Positions 53,601 to 62,379 of a stretch of 64,000 nucleotides of DNA are shown here, piece after piece. The stretch lies in IMG/VR virus record IMGVR_UViG_2061766007_000422, one strand, 5' to 3'. The DNA comes from an uncultured virus (IMG/VR IMGVR_UViG_2061766007_000422) (Duplodnaviria > Heunggongvirae > Uroviricota > Caudoviricetes). The notes beneath the pieces are model-generated. The model made no database searches. It was not told the origin of the DNA and saw only the letters and a list, made by a program, of their open reading frames with translations. A program made the translations under genes and the position numbers. Positions within the stretch are counted from its first letter, which is position 1; each line of letters begins with the position of its first letter.

Positions 53601-54930
53601 TAGTTTGAGTCTAGATTTAGATAATCCTTTTAATGATAGTATAGAAATTAAAAATTATAGAAATAAATTTGAAGATTTATTTAGTTCTATTGTCGCGCAA
53701 ACCGAGTCTATGAAGAAAAATTCATTTACAATTGGACTTGCGGCCGCGTCATTTACACCTTCTGGCGCGCTTTCACCTGCTGTTATACAACAAAGTATAA
53801 ATAACGCAGATTTGAATTATGCCTTTAATCAAGGTAATTTAACTATAAGTGAAGATGAAGGTATTTGGGCTACGAGTGATGATGGCGTTGTGGCTATGCG
53901 CGGTGGCGGCATTTTTACCGCCACGCAGAAAGATGATGATGGTAATTGGCAATGGAATACGGGTATATTGCCATCTGGTATAAATGCGAGTTTAATTACC
54001 ACAGGACAACTAGATACTAATTTAATTAGAATATATGCTGGAGATAAGCTAAAATTTCAATTAAATGGAGATGGACTTTATGCTTATAAGTCTATCTTTG
54101 AAGATGAAGATTTAATGGATTTAATGGCTAATGACGCTATTGAATTAGATGATAGAACGGAAATAATAAATAAAATTGAGTCACAAGCTGGATTAGACTT
54201 AAAGCAATATGTAGTTCATAATGATGAAGGTATTTTTCTTAAAGCAGATAGGGGCGCTATTGTTAAAGTGGGTTCAGGAGAAGATAGTATATTAAAATTA
54301 CTCAAAGAAGATGTAACACGTGTAGCTATTACTTGGGATGGATTAACATTACATGATTGGCAAGATAATGCGGTATTTTATGCTGATGCCGATACAGGTG
54401 ATTTAACATTACAAGGCAAGTTAATTGCTACAGATATAGAAATTTTTAACGATGTAATATTAGGCGGCGAAAATAATGATAATCAATTAATTTTAAGAGG
54501 AGAAAATATTATTATTGATACTCCTGCCTTTAAGGTTAATTGGGAAGAAAATGCTGATTATCCAAATGGCCACTATGTTGAAGGCGCAGTATCTATCGGG
54601 CGCGCGGAATATAGAAATGCATTAGTTAACAATACTGATGTTGGAGAGCTAGTTACAGAAAAAACATCTGCTTTTCAGACTATGAATTTTGATCCAACTA
54701 ATGGGCTCGTTATTAGATTAGCCGACCCAACAGAACTCGAGCCGAATAGAATGTCAGAATATTGGACTAGCACTAGAAATGATGGGTATTATGTTATGCG
54801 TAATGATACTGAATTAGCAAGTTTTGCGGGTTATATGACAACGGTGCGTCAATTACGAGTTGGCGATATTGTAGTAAAAGCTACTAGTAGTGGCGGCTGG
54901 AAATGGATTTTAATAGAGGATGAGGAATAA
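50629..54930 (+). CDS. Baseplate hub/central tail protein
   Basis: 1433 aa; position; GINASLITTGQL repeat typical of tail spikes. Confidence 0.65.
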   Translation: MDLKRSYEVSIWSLQDEFITVLKPLDVENIGQLENKDLELKTDDGLNQYSCSIPMYIYDGANRIENPIWYNTLNGNIVSNLRKIKIILNKGEESEEVYEFLIIKVEERHDKDQLYCDITCEDLAFHELGKQGYKISLSTDVFLEEYGTWADTDGDIDNEPHSTLQYWLSKFLAPVPENPISTEWYYDIQMNWDAYADGPNRDTSKVYEEEYTSSWALQDEKLVPVAVEEYKEKERLVDLQESNIFNLTQDLAQTFEVFVRYQYLYDDNYHIRGRRIIFYNNYLREADDLIDISYPYEASQITRSIDAVDVTTKMYVRPVTEESSESGLLSITEVDANKTKEDYLFNFDYLYSIGAITEEQYAEIPKYEAYMRAYNIELDNLKSYMDVLETELTGLEASKTIVVNSIKLDQERIQEAQDLLNSLDAKDNNIDGAITIDEYRPASAVLLAQENSNKYYINITEPGIKRETLHIYTKYEYVGSSTGLSGEISGTFVDDEFGNLIQVRNLVKPNNMASSLVYMTYTYIPKLQYEQVEKIWTIRLSNDQKKLDALETEITEKQNALNSVKEDYDSTLTAKKERIDAFNRMMGPALRESYWQPDDYKATGDKFNDTFSVVFNSVEPIAGDSGYTKFIWDEELFDDEQKSFYNISILESESPIYYPCIDLSGNITIDGESVSKLNYVLENYDKISFMFYDYIAGESDPYQIKYFRHFTLGSEAQLAFAKVGNNIKPVILLTGAETISLATLRNMINYKGNIPEGQPLQGPEIGIYTVDFDEQTGEIEENIESAFVVTWLNLNRYQPKPNTGNYDLTNAADFDAWAAQQFAEQDNNIKIIGLAEQEVWALVTLVYPRIQINSMLLKNDESLSVHCGDTLIENYEDYYVLTRRVELTPGDEEADPPILPTYKGMYFLTIKPQVFSSNNISFYYTLSNAQTAIYLDAKQVIKENAYPKVTYTITPTLIHRDLHYTLYKLLNRIVNINDIDLKFDNVQGYISSLSLDLDNPFNDSIEIKNYRNKFEDLFSSIVAQTESMKKNSFTIGLAAASFTPSGALSPAVIQQSINNADLNYAFNQGNLTISEDEGIWATSDDGVVAMRGGGIFTATQKDDDGNWQWNTGILPSGINASLITTGQLDTNLIRIYAGDKLKFQLNGDGLYAYKSIFEDEDLMDLMANDAIELDDRTEIINKIESQAGLDLKQYVVHNDEGIFLKADRGAIVKVGSGEDSILKLLKEDVTRVAITWDGLTLHDWQDNAVFYADADTGDLTLQGKLIATDIEIFNDVILGGENNDNQLILRGENIIIDTPAFKVNWEENADYPNGHYVEGAVSIGRAEYRNALVNNTDVGELVTEKTSAFQTMNFDPTNGLVIRLADPTELEPNRMSEYWTSTRNDGYYVMRNDTELASFAGYMTTVRQLRVGDIVVKATSSGGWKWILIEDEE

Positions 54931-54941
54931 AGGAGGAAAAT

Positions 54942-56684
54942 ATGGCGATTACATATCAATTTAATGATCCAGCATTTGGAAAAATAAATGTAATTCCTTC
55001 AACAACAAAATTATTAGGGGGAGAGACTTCATTAACTGTTACAATTCAAATTCTTCCAATTAAAAATTTTGGAGTAGGAACAATACATTTTTCAATAGAA
55101 TTCGATGATGGGCCTGGTTCGTATTTTATGATTGCAAATTTTGGATATAATCCACGAGCATTAACAAAAAATGTTGCAGCATCTTATACTGACACGGTTG
55201 CAATACCTATATATCGGAATGGCACTGGAGACCCAAGTACGATAATTGATAATATAAATTTAAGAATATGGGGTATAGATAGTGGGGGGTATTTAAATTG
55301 GCCAAATTCTTGGACGTATAATAATAATAGAATACAATATAAGTATGGTTATGAGCCAATACAACTTTTAAATGAAAGCACTTTTTATCAGTTAGGAGAT
55401 TCTGCGGGCTTATATCAAGGACAGAATCAGTCTTCCTATGTTTATCCTCTTTCAAGGCCACTCATCACCTTAAATCGCGCAGGTATATTTTATGATACGT
55501 TTACAACCAATCATTTACAGGTTACATTAGAAATTAAAAATAACGACGACACAGACTATGATAGTTTTTATGTTTATTGGGGTAATAATAATTTTGATTG
55601 TCCGACTTATATTACAAATCCAACTTCTTATAAATATCGTATACATGCGATTGATGACATAGGAAGCGAGATTTATATTCCTGCTGAGCAAAATGAAATA
55701 CCACAATATTATACTATTCCTATATTATTATATACAGCACCCCAGTTTACAGATGATTTTTCTGTTGTTCGTCATTTAGTAGATACTGCTGCACAGCCGC
55801 CAGAAGATAAAATTGATGAAGAAGGAGAATATGCTAAACTTATAGGCGGTGTAAAAATTACTGAATTTAGTGGTAGTCTCGCAAGAACCGCCACGTTAAC
55901 GGCTAAGCTTATTAGCACAAATGGTATTTTTATAGATATGAGCACCGGGAGGCAAGCTCAACTTCCTTTTCAAGTTTATACAACTACCGTTGATGTAGCT
56001 CATTTAGGGCAAAAAGTAGACGGATATTATATGTTCGATGATGCGCATTTCTATCCTATATATGATGATTGGCAAATTTATAGCCCGGGTGGTGATGGGC
56101 CATATTCTGCTAGTTCTACTTATGATTTTCAACTAACCTTAAACGATGGTTTCACAACCACTACTCTATATTATCAAATTTCTTCTGCTGCGGGCATATT
56201 ATTTATTGAGCCTTGGGGTGGAATAGGAATAAATGGGAAGCCAGTTCAAGAAGGAGGAGGAGACCCCGTAGTAGATATTTACTGCCCAGTAAAATTGCAT
56301 AGTAATATTATTATGCTTGATGGTCGTACATATGATACTGGCTGGCAATGGCCCACTCCTAGCGCTACTTATTTCAATACAGGTAGCTGGATAAAGGTAC
56401 GACGTATTGGTAGTATTGTTAATTTAGTTGGACGCCTTGATGTTAAATCAGATATAAACTCCGGTTCGAATGTTAAAGTTAGCGGGTTAGGCACGCAATA
56501 TTGCCCTCCAAATAATGCTACTACTGCACATCCACAAGATTATTACGTTCAAGTCATGGCAGCGCCTACTGTTCCGGGATGGTTAATACGAGTGACGTAT
56601 GAAGGTGAAGTTCTTTTATATAACTGCACTGGCGCGGCGGACCATAGAACAATATCATTTAATATGACCTATTTTGTAGATTAA
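54942..56684 (+). CDS. Putative tail fibre/receptor-binding protein
   Basis: Last tail gene; C-terminal DTGW..RRIG..V.L.G head domain. Confidence 0.65.
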   Translation: MAITYQFNDPAFGKINVIPSTTKLLGGETSLTVTIQILPIKNFGVGTIHFSIEFDDGPGSYFMIANFGYNPRALTKNVAASYTDTVAIPIYRNGTGDPSTIIDNINLRIWGIDSGGYLNWPNSWTYNNNRIQYKYGYEPIQLLNESTFYQLGDSAGLYQGQNQSSYVYPLSRPLITLNRAGIFYDTFTTNHLQVTLEIKNNDDTDYDSFYVYWGNNNFDCPTYITNPTSYKYRIHAIDDIGSEIYIPAEQNEIPQYYTIPILLYTAPQFTDDFSVVRHLVDTAAQPPEDKIDEEGEYAKLIGGVKITEFSGSLARTATLTAKLISTNGIFIDMSTGRQAQLPFQVYTTTVDVAHLGQKVDGYYMFDDAHFYPIYDDWQIYSPGGDGPYSASSTYDFQLTLNDGFTTTTLYYQISSAAGILFIEPWGGIGINGKPVQEGGGDPVVDIYCPVKLHSNIIMLDGRTYDTGWQWPTPSATYFNTGSWIKVRRIGSIVNLVGRLDVKSDINSGSNVKVSGLGTQYCPPNNATTAHPQDYYVQVMAAPTVPGWLIRVTYEGEVLLYNCTGAADHRTISFNMTYFVD

Positions 56685-56725
56685 AAAAATAAGCCCCTCC
56701 GAAAGGAGGGGCTCTTTATTTTTTT
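56684..56725. terminator. Bidirectional terminator
   Basis: AGCCCCTCC-GAAA-GGAGGGGCT flanked by A and T tracts between convergent genes. Confidence 0.85.
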
Positions 56726-57077
56726 ATTCAGTAAAATTCATCAATGTATTTGCTTCAAGTGGTGTAAGTTCTACTGATTCAAGCAAATCTATATTTAATG
56801 GTTCAGCATTGATTTCTACTTCTTCGCTCAATGCTGCCTGCATTTCTTCATTATACTGTTCCATTACATTATTTGCAATAGTAACCTGATTACCTTCTAT
56901 TGTTCCATACTTTTCAAGTAATGCTTTGCGCACTTCTTCAAAAGATTTTGTTTCACGTTCAATTTCTCTAATTAATCGCGCCACCTGTATAGCAGTGCGG
57001 CCGCTCATAGTTTGATTTGCTATCTTACGCATAGCAGGAATACTATCCATAAGAGTTCCTATTGTTACCTTAAACAT
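56724..57077 (-). CDS. Hypothetical phage protein
   Basis: 117 aa helical. Confidence 0.75.
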   Translation of the reverse strand: MFKVTIGTLMDSIPAMRKIANQTMSGRTAIQVARLIREIERETKSFEEVRKALLEKYGTIEGNQVTIANNVMEQYNEEMQAALSEEVEINAEPLNIDLLESVELTPLEANTLMNFTE

Positions 57078-57816
57078 CTATATCTTCTCCCCAACTGCTT
57101 TTACTATTTTTTAGTTTGCTCACAAAATACTTCCCAATACAAATTGCATCGGCTTCATCTTGAGTGCAATCTTGTCCATACCACAACTTTACTTTTTCCT
57201 GTGCCAATTTTTTCTTATTTTCGCGCCCTTTTTCATCGCCAATATTGCAATACTTGCGCCAAGTAGAAGAATAAGCTAAATCGTGGTCTACACAAGCTTC
57301 AAATAATGTATCCAATATCACGCCTTGTAAATTTGCTAATGCGCGATAAAGTTCAACTTGATATTGGCCATGGCCAAAATTTTGTAATTGAATATGTTCA
57401 ATTCCTACAAAATCTGGCTCCCATGTCCTCAATGCTGTTTGAAGCCATTTCTTAAATTCATTTATACGTGCTTCAGTATTATTATCAGCATTAGTTTTGT
57501 ATGTCCCATAACTAATTAATTCGCCGTCATCAAAAACAGCATATCCACTTACATTAGTAGCAGCATCAAGTGCTAAAACTCGTTGTGTGTCAATCGGTTT
57601 GATTGGCACAATATTTTTTTTGACTTTGCGCCCATTACCACCGAAGCATTTATCACATGTAGGATGTTTGCGCCAATCGCCATAAGTGCGCATTTGTATA
57701 TGTCCGTTTGGACATTTCATTTCTAATTCTGTATTTAAATTTTTATAAGTGTTGCTAATCAATACCCACCCTTCCGAGTTGAGGTGATTAGCAACACTAT
57801 GAATGTTTATTGGCAT
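57070..57816 (-). CDS. RuvC-like Holliday junction resolvase with N-terminal Zn-ribbon
   Basis: LALDAA..SGYA, IEHI, QDEADAICIG; N-terminal CPNGH..CDKC. Confidence 0.8.
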   Translation of the reverse strand: MPINIHSVANHLNSEGWVLISNTYKNLNTELEMKCPNGHIQMRTYGDWRKHPTCDKCFGGNGRKVKKNIVPIKPIDTQRVLALDAATNVSGYAVFDDGELISYGTYKTNADNNTEARINEFKKWLQTALRTWEPDFVGIEHIQLQNFGHGQYQVELYRALANLQGVILDTLFEACVDHDLAYSSTWRKYCNIGDEKGRENKKKLAQEKVKLWYGQDCTQDEADAICIGKYFVSKLKNSKSSWGEDIDV

Positions 57817-58637
57817 TACTTACCAGAGCTGCCAAAACCGCCTTCTCCACGCTCACTAGTGGGTAGAATATCTACTACTTCAGCCTTAAAGTGATAACAA
57901 GGCATTACGATAAGCTGAGCAATGCGGTCGCCAGTATTGATGGTATAGTCAGAATCAGAAATGTTATCATATAAAATACCAAGTTCGCCACGATAGCCCG
58001 CATCAATAACGCCAATGCTATTGCTTAGCCGTAAAGGAGTCTTTGAGCCGATGCTAGAGCGGGGCACAATATAAGCAACCCAACCCTCTGGCAACGCAAT
58101 ACTTATACCAGTAGAAATTTTATTGCCTAATGAATGCGCGGGAACTACTACTGTTTCAGCTGCGTATAAGTCAGCAGCAGCATCTGTATCATGAGCATAT
58201 GAAGGCACCTGCGCATCACCCTTAAGTGTCATAGGAAGTTCAATGTCATAATTATTATAACGATTTTCTACTTCATCAAATATTTCATAGAAAATATTAA
58301 ATACGCTTCTTAACAACATTTCCTTTTCTTTAGAAGGCTTAAGTTCTGCGATTATATCTTCAATAGTGGCTTTTAAAGCTGCGATTTCATTCTTGACTTC
58401 ACCACGAGTAGCATTATTATTCTTATAATTAGTTATAATTTGTTCCGCGGATTGCTGGCGCAAAGTAGGTGTGAGCCCGCCTTGAAGCATACCTTGAATA
58501 CTTTCAATTGCTACTGGTGTTAGATTTTCATCTGATAATTCCATAATAGATTGAATAATTTCCATAAAAGGCTTTAACTGTTCGTTATCCGCGGTAATAT
58601 CTGCTAAATTTACTAGATTATTAAAATTAGTTTCCAT
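57816..58637 (-). CDS. dut: Trimeric dUTPase with N-terminal extension
   Basis: AAADL, PRSSIG, GVIDAGYRGE, GDRIAQL, RGEGGFGSSG. Confidence 0.92.
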   Translation of the reverse strand: METNFNNLVNLADITADNEQLKPFMEIIQSIMELSDENLTPVAIESIQGMLQGGLTPTLRQQSAEQIITNYKNNNATRGEVKNEIAALKATIEDIIAELKPSKEKEMLLRSVFNIFYEIFDEVENRYNNYDIELPMTLKGDAQVPSYAHDTDAAADLYAAETVVVPAHSLGNKISTGISIALPEGWVAYIVPRSSIGSKTPLRLSNSIGVIDAGYRGELGILYDNISDSDYTINTGDRIAQLIVMPCYHFKAEVVDILPTSERGEGGFGSSGK

Positions 58638-58640
58638 AAT

Positions 58641-58853
58641 TTATACCTCATAAGCTAGTGTAACTTCCGTTACCCATTTTTCTTCAACAATTTCACCAGT
58701 CTTTCTATCTTTTTTTGTCTTATAATCTACTTTAGATTTAAGAACGGTATAACCTTCAGTAAGCTGGCGATCTTTATAATCCTGTATAGTGCGTGTTGAT
58801 TCTTCTTCATTGTCTATGTTATAGACATAAGTAGTTTTAATTAGTTGCTTCAT
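58641..58853 (-). CDS. Hypothetical protein
   Basis: Start MKQLI after AAGGAG. Confidence 0.7.
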   Translation of the reverse strand: MKQLIKTTYVYNIDNEEESTRTIQDYKDRQLTEGYTVLKSKVDYKTKKDRKTGEIVEEKWVTEVTLAYEV

Positions 58854-59187
58854 TTTCTTTATTCTCCTTTTTATTTTTTTCATTTAAAGCGCGTAATTTT
58901 TGTATTAGTTCAATATATTCCAATTTTTTAGTTGTTTCTGCGATTGTATCAATCGCATTATCTTGCGTATTACAAAGTTCAGCAACTTTTTTCTTACCTA
59001 ATTTTTTTTCTAATTTTCTGCGTTGCTCGCGATTAAGTTTGAGCTTTGCTTTTTCATTAATTGTTCTGGTTGTGAAATCTTCTATATTCTTTAGAATTTC
59101 TTCATTAGTTGGCGCGCCGATTTGTGTTTCGGCTTCTTCATATGTTATGCCTTGAATTTCGGCAAAGCGTTTAATTATTTCGTTCAT
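58837..59187 (-). CDS. Hypothetical protein
   Basis: 116 aa, translationally coupled. Confidence 0.7.
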   Translation of the reverse strand: MNEIIKRFAEIQGITYEEAETQIGAPTNEEILKNIEDFTTRTINEKAKLKLNREQRRKLEKKLGKKKVAELCNTQDNAIDTIAETTKKLEYIELIQKLRALNEKNKKENKENEATN

Positions 59188-60176
59188 CCGCCGCCTCCGC
59201 TATTTTTGTTATATCCATATTCTACTGATTTAAAGAATTCAATATAATATTTTTCAAGTTCATTTAACTTATCTTTATCACAATAAGTAATAATTTCAAG
59301 TGACCAATTCCATAACCCTTCTTCAAGTATGGCGTGATGAACGGCTTGGTCTGCTATACTTTGAATTCCAACACTAGATTTCATATGGTCTTGTAGTCGT
59401 TTTTTTACATTTGTGCTTTTTCCTATATAGCACTTACCCGTAGTGATGTTAGTAATTTTATAAATTCCTGGCTCATCTTTAATTTCAACTCGTTTAATTG
59501 TTTCATCCATATAAGGCTTTACATATTCTGCCCAAACAAGTTTACTTATTATATCAGGATGATTGACTTTTTGAGCAACAGTAGTAAGTAGATAGTCAAT
59601 ATCGCTATGATACTCTTCGGGCACTTGTATCGTATAAAATAGTTTTGCCTGTTTTTCGCGCTCATATTGTTGAAGTGGCGCGAGTAAACTTTGAAATCGC
59701 GTTTCTTGAAATTCGGTATCTTTTTTTAATTGCTCTATTCTACTACTGCAATCAGTAGATATTTCTATCCAACTAGTATTTAAATCTTGTATTAACTTGG
59801 TATAATTGGCTTTTTCTTCAGCAAGATTTTTTTGTAGTAGTTCGCGCGATTTATCTTCTTGCGCGAGCATTTCATTTTCCAATTGCTCCATTCGGCGCGA
59901 TTTATTGCGCTCATACATCACATCTAATTCGCGTGCTTGTTGGTCAACTGCTTTAGTATGTTCCGCTTGCTTTTGCTCAAAATATTGCTGTTCGCGCGCG
60001 ATTTGCTTTTCGCAAAAAGCAATATCATTATTTAAAGATTCTTTACGATGCTCTAACAACTTTACTTGTTGTGTATAGTTATTAAATTCACTTCTATCAA
60101 TAACTTGTTTGCGCCGTAAAGCAACAATTAAAATAATTATACATATAATAAGTATTCCAGAAATTATCCAACCCAC
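59184..60176 (-). CDS. Membrane-anchored coiled-coil protein with C-terminal GIY-YIG nuclease
   Basis: N-terminal TM, coiled coil, GIYKITN..CYIGKS..R..H..E.YYI..GYN. Confidence 0.8.
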   Translation of the reverse strand: MGWIISGILIICIIILIVALRRKQVIDRSEFNNYTQQVKLLEHRKESLNNDIAFCEKQIAREQQYFEQKQAEHTKAVDQQARELDVMYERNKSRRMEQLENEMLAQEDKSRELLQKNLAEEKANYTKLIQDLNTSWIEISTDCSSRIEQLKKDTEFQETRFQSLLAPLQQYEREKQAKLFYTIQVPEEYHSDIDYLLTTVAQKVNHPDIISKLVWAEYVKPYMDETIKRVEIKDEPGIYKITNITTGKCYIGKSTNVKKRLQDHMKSSVGIQSIADQAVHHAILEEGLWNWSLEIITYCDKDKLNELEKYYIEFFKSVEYGYNKNSGGGG

Positions 60177-60212
60177 TTACATCACCTATCACTCCTTTCT
60201 TATTTACACTTT

Positions 60213-60241
60213 ATTATATCACAATTTTTATAAAAAGTCAA
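60213..60241 (-). promoter_or_regulatory. SigA-type promoter
   Basis: TTGACT-N17-TGaTATAAT on the minus strand; no TTAAC boxes. Confidence 0.7.
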
Positions 60242-60272
60242 GTAATAAAAATAAGTGGGATGAGTAATTAAC

Positions 60273-60434
60273 TCATCCCAATAAATCAATTAAATTTTTT
60301 ACAGTAAGAACAATCCAATATAATACAATAAACGCCCAAGTTAGACCTTGTTTCTTATCGCCATAACGATACTGTCTATAACTAACATATCCTGCGATAA
60401 GGGCTAATAAAATAACTACAATTGTGATTATCAT
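60273..60434 (-). CDS. Small two-TM protein (53 aa)
   Basis: MIITIVVILLALIAG...; ATGA overlap with the nrdG stop. Confidence 0.55.
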   Translation of the reverse strand: MIITIVVILLALIAGYVSYRQYRYGDKKQGLTWAFIVLYWIVLTVKNLIDLLG

Positions 60435-60928
60435 ACTTTTTTATCCTTTAAATTAATGATTCTTTGATTAGAAGAACCGCGTAATGGTAATGTAATATCA
60501 CGCTTATCTATTTCAAATCGTCCATCTATAAGAACATCAATTCTTGTATCGAGCAGATGCCTTACAAGTTCATCTTCCTTACTTCTCTCCAATAACTCTT
60601 CATAAGTATAGCCAGTCCATACATAAATAAGAGTATTAGGATAGCGGTGTTTTACTGTTTCAATTAAAGTGGCTACCGCCGCGATATTACCATCACATAA
60701 TGGTTCACCACCAAGAATTGAAAGACGACGCTCAACGCCATTTTTCTGTAATTTCTCTACAATTTCATTCAATAGCGTAGGAGTGAAATCTTCACCATAA
60801 TTAAAGTCCCACGCTTCTGGATTATGACAACCGGGGCAATGGAAGTAACATCCAGAAAAATAAACCGAGAGGGAGATACCGGGCGCGGCCGCAGTATCAT
60901 CCCAATAAATACCAGCAATTTTACTCAT
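60431..60928 (-). CDS. nrdG: Anaerobic ribonucleotide reductase activase
   Basis: Radical SAM CxxxCxxC, LGGEP, WTGY, RGSSNQR. Confidence 0.95.
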   Translation of the reverse strand: MSKIAGIYWDDTAAAPGISLSVYFSGCYFHCPGCHNPEAWDFNYGEDFTPTLLNEIVEKLQKNGVERRLSILGGEPLCDGNIAAVATLIETVKHRYPNTLIYVWTGYTYEELLERSKEDELVRHLLDTRIDVLIDGRFEIDKRDITLPLRGSSNQRIINLKDKKV

Positions 60929-61076
60929 AATTTACCTCATTAAAAGCATCAGATGGAGTATAAATATCACGATAATCTACACAATCTTCTGCATAATCAA
61001 TATCTTTTTTATCATACATAAAATCCCATGGACATTCGTGCCTTTCTATTTTCCATCTACATTCATTACAAGTCAT
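60921..61076 (-). CDS. Small Cys-containing protein (51 aa)
   Basis: MTCNECRWKIERHECPWD...; lies between nrdD and nrdG. Confidence 0.5.
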   Translation of the reverse strand: MTCNECRWKIERHECPWDFMYDKKDIDYAEDCVDYRDIYTPSDAFNEVNYE

Positions 61077-61077
61077 T

Positions 61078-62379
61078 TTAATGAATATGCTTTACGCGGT
61101 CTTCAGTTTCTTTTTGTTTGCCCCAGTTAAAAGCGTCTTTATAAGAACCAGTAAGATAACCAGTAACGCGACGTAAGCGTTTTATGTTGGTGCTGCCGCA
61201 TTGTGGACACTTATCATTTATTTCATCTTCATATCCGCAATCTTCACACGAATCTAAGGGAATATTAAGCGCGAAATACGGCACGTCATGGTCCATAGCA
61301 TAGTTTACAATGGTTTCAAGAGCATCAATATTATTCTTTACACCACTAGGAACCTCTACATAAGTAATGCATCCGGCACTAGAATATCCAGTAAGCTGTG
61401 ATTCAATGTCAATTTTATCAAATACAGAAATTTCTTTCCATACTGGAACGTGCATACTATTGGTAAAGTATTCACGGTCAGAAACATTAGGAATAATACC
61501 ATATTTAGCTCTGAACTTTTTCATTGCTGTATAGCAAAGATTTTCGGCAGGAGTGTAATACACGCCAAAGTTCAAGTGTTCTTCTTGCTTGAACTGCGCA
61601 CATCTTTCTTTAAATAATAGTTCAATGCGCTTTGCAAGTTCCATACCTTTTTCAGTTGTGTGGTCACAGCCAATAAGGATTTGAAGTGTTTCTGCTAAAC
61701 CAAGCTGGCCAATAACTAATGTGCCATGTTTAAGTGCGGAACGGATACCTTCTTCTGGATGATACCCAAGCATCGTATTGTTTTCATACATAAATTTAGC
61801 AGAAGCCGCGGATTGAGAGCAAATCCAATTAAAGCGTTCAAGAAGCATATCTTTTGCTTCGTGGATTTTTTTATCAAGTAATAACATAAAAAGCATTGTT
61901 ACATCTGGTAATTTAATATCATTTTTTAAACGATCTTCATATTCTTGTTTTGCTTCCATAGCGAGTGTTGGCAGAATAATGGTTACAGGACAGATATTTC
62001 CGCGTCCGTCTTTCATCTGCGGATTGACGCCAGGCTCTGCGTTAATGTCTGCGAGATTCGCTGTACGGCAACCCATTGTACTGAAATAAGTGCGTGGGTC
62101 ATTGATATCATATCCAGCAGCATTAGTCCAGTCTACGTTAGCATAGTTAGGATAAATACGACGCGCGGTAGATTCAAGAGCCAGCCTAAACATATCATAG
62201 TTCGGGTCGCCAGGCTTTCTATTTACACCCTTCATACACTGGAAGATACCACAGGGGAAGATAGGAGTTTTATGATGTTTTCCGACGCCTTTAATTGAAC
62301 CATCAAGTAGTGCCTTTATAACCATTCTACCCTCAGGAAGAGTGCAAGTACCATAGTTGATAGAGGTAAAAGGTAATTG
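61078..62379 (-). CDS. nrdD: Class III ribonucleotide reductase, 3' exon
   Basis: QLPFTSINYG, MGCRT, TPAENL, YFTNS.H, Zn site, RRVTGYL glycyl-radical loop. Confidence 0.95.
   Translation of the reverse strand, partial: QLPFTSINYGTCTLPEGRMVIKALLDGSIKGVGKHHKTPIFPCGIFQCMKGVNRKPGDPNYDMFRLALESTARRIYPNYANVDWTNAAGYDINDPRTYFSTMGCRTANLADINAEPGVNPQMKDGRGNICPVTIILPTLAMEAKQEYEDRLKNDIKLPDVTMLFMLLLDKKIHEAKDMLLERFNWICSQSAASAKFMYENNTMLGYHPEEGIRSALKHGTLVIGQLGLAETLQILIGCDHTTEKGMELAKRIELLFKERCAQFKQEEHLNFGVYYTPAENLCYTAMKKFRAKYGIIPNVSDREYFTNSMHVPVWKEISVFDKIDIESQLTGYSSAGCITYVEVPSGVKNNIDALETIVNYAMDHDVPYFALNIPLDSCEDCGYEDEINDKCPQCGSTNIKRLRRVTGYLTGSYKDAFNWGKQKETEDRVKHIH

Noticed and set aside
54942..56684. Diversity-generating retroelement target in the tail fibre
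   Set aside because: No template repeat or reverse transcriptase seen in this window.
385..62298. Many short antisense or overlapping ORFs in the track (e.g. 6195-6626, 9392-9685, 16015-16332, 38216-38545, 61945-62298)
   Set aside because: Shadows of better-supported genes, without RBS or promoter.
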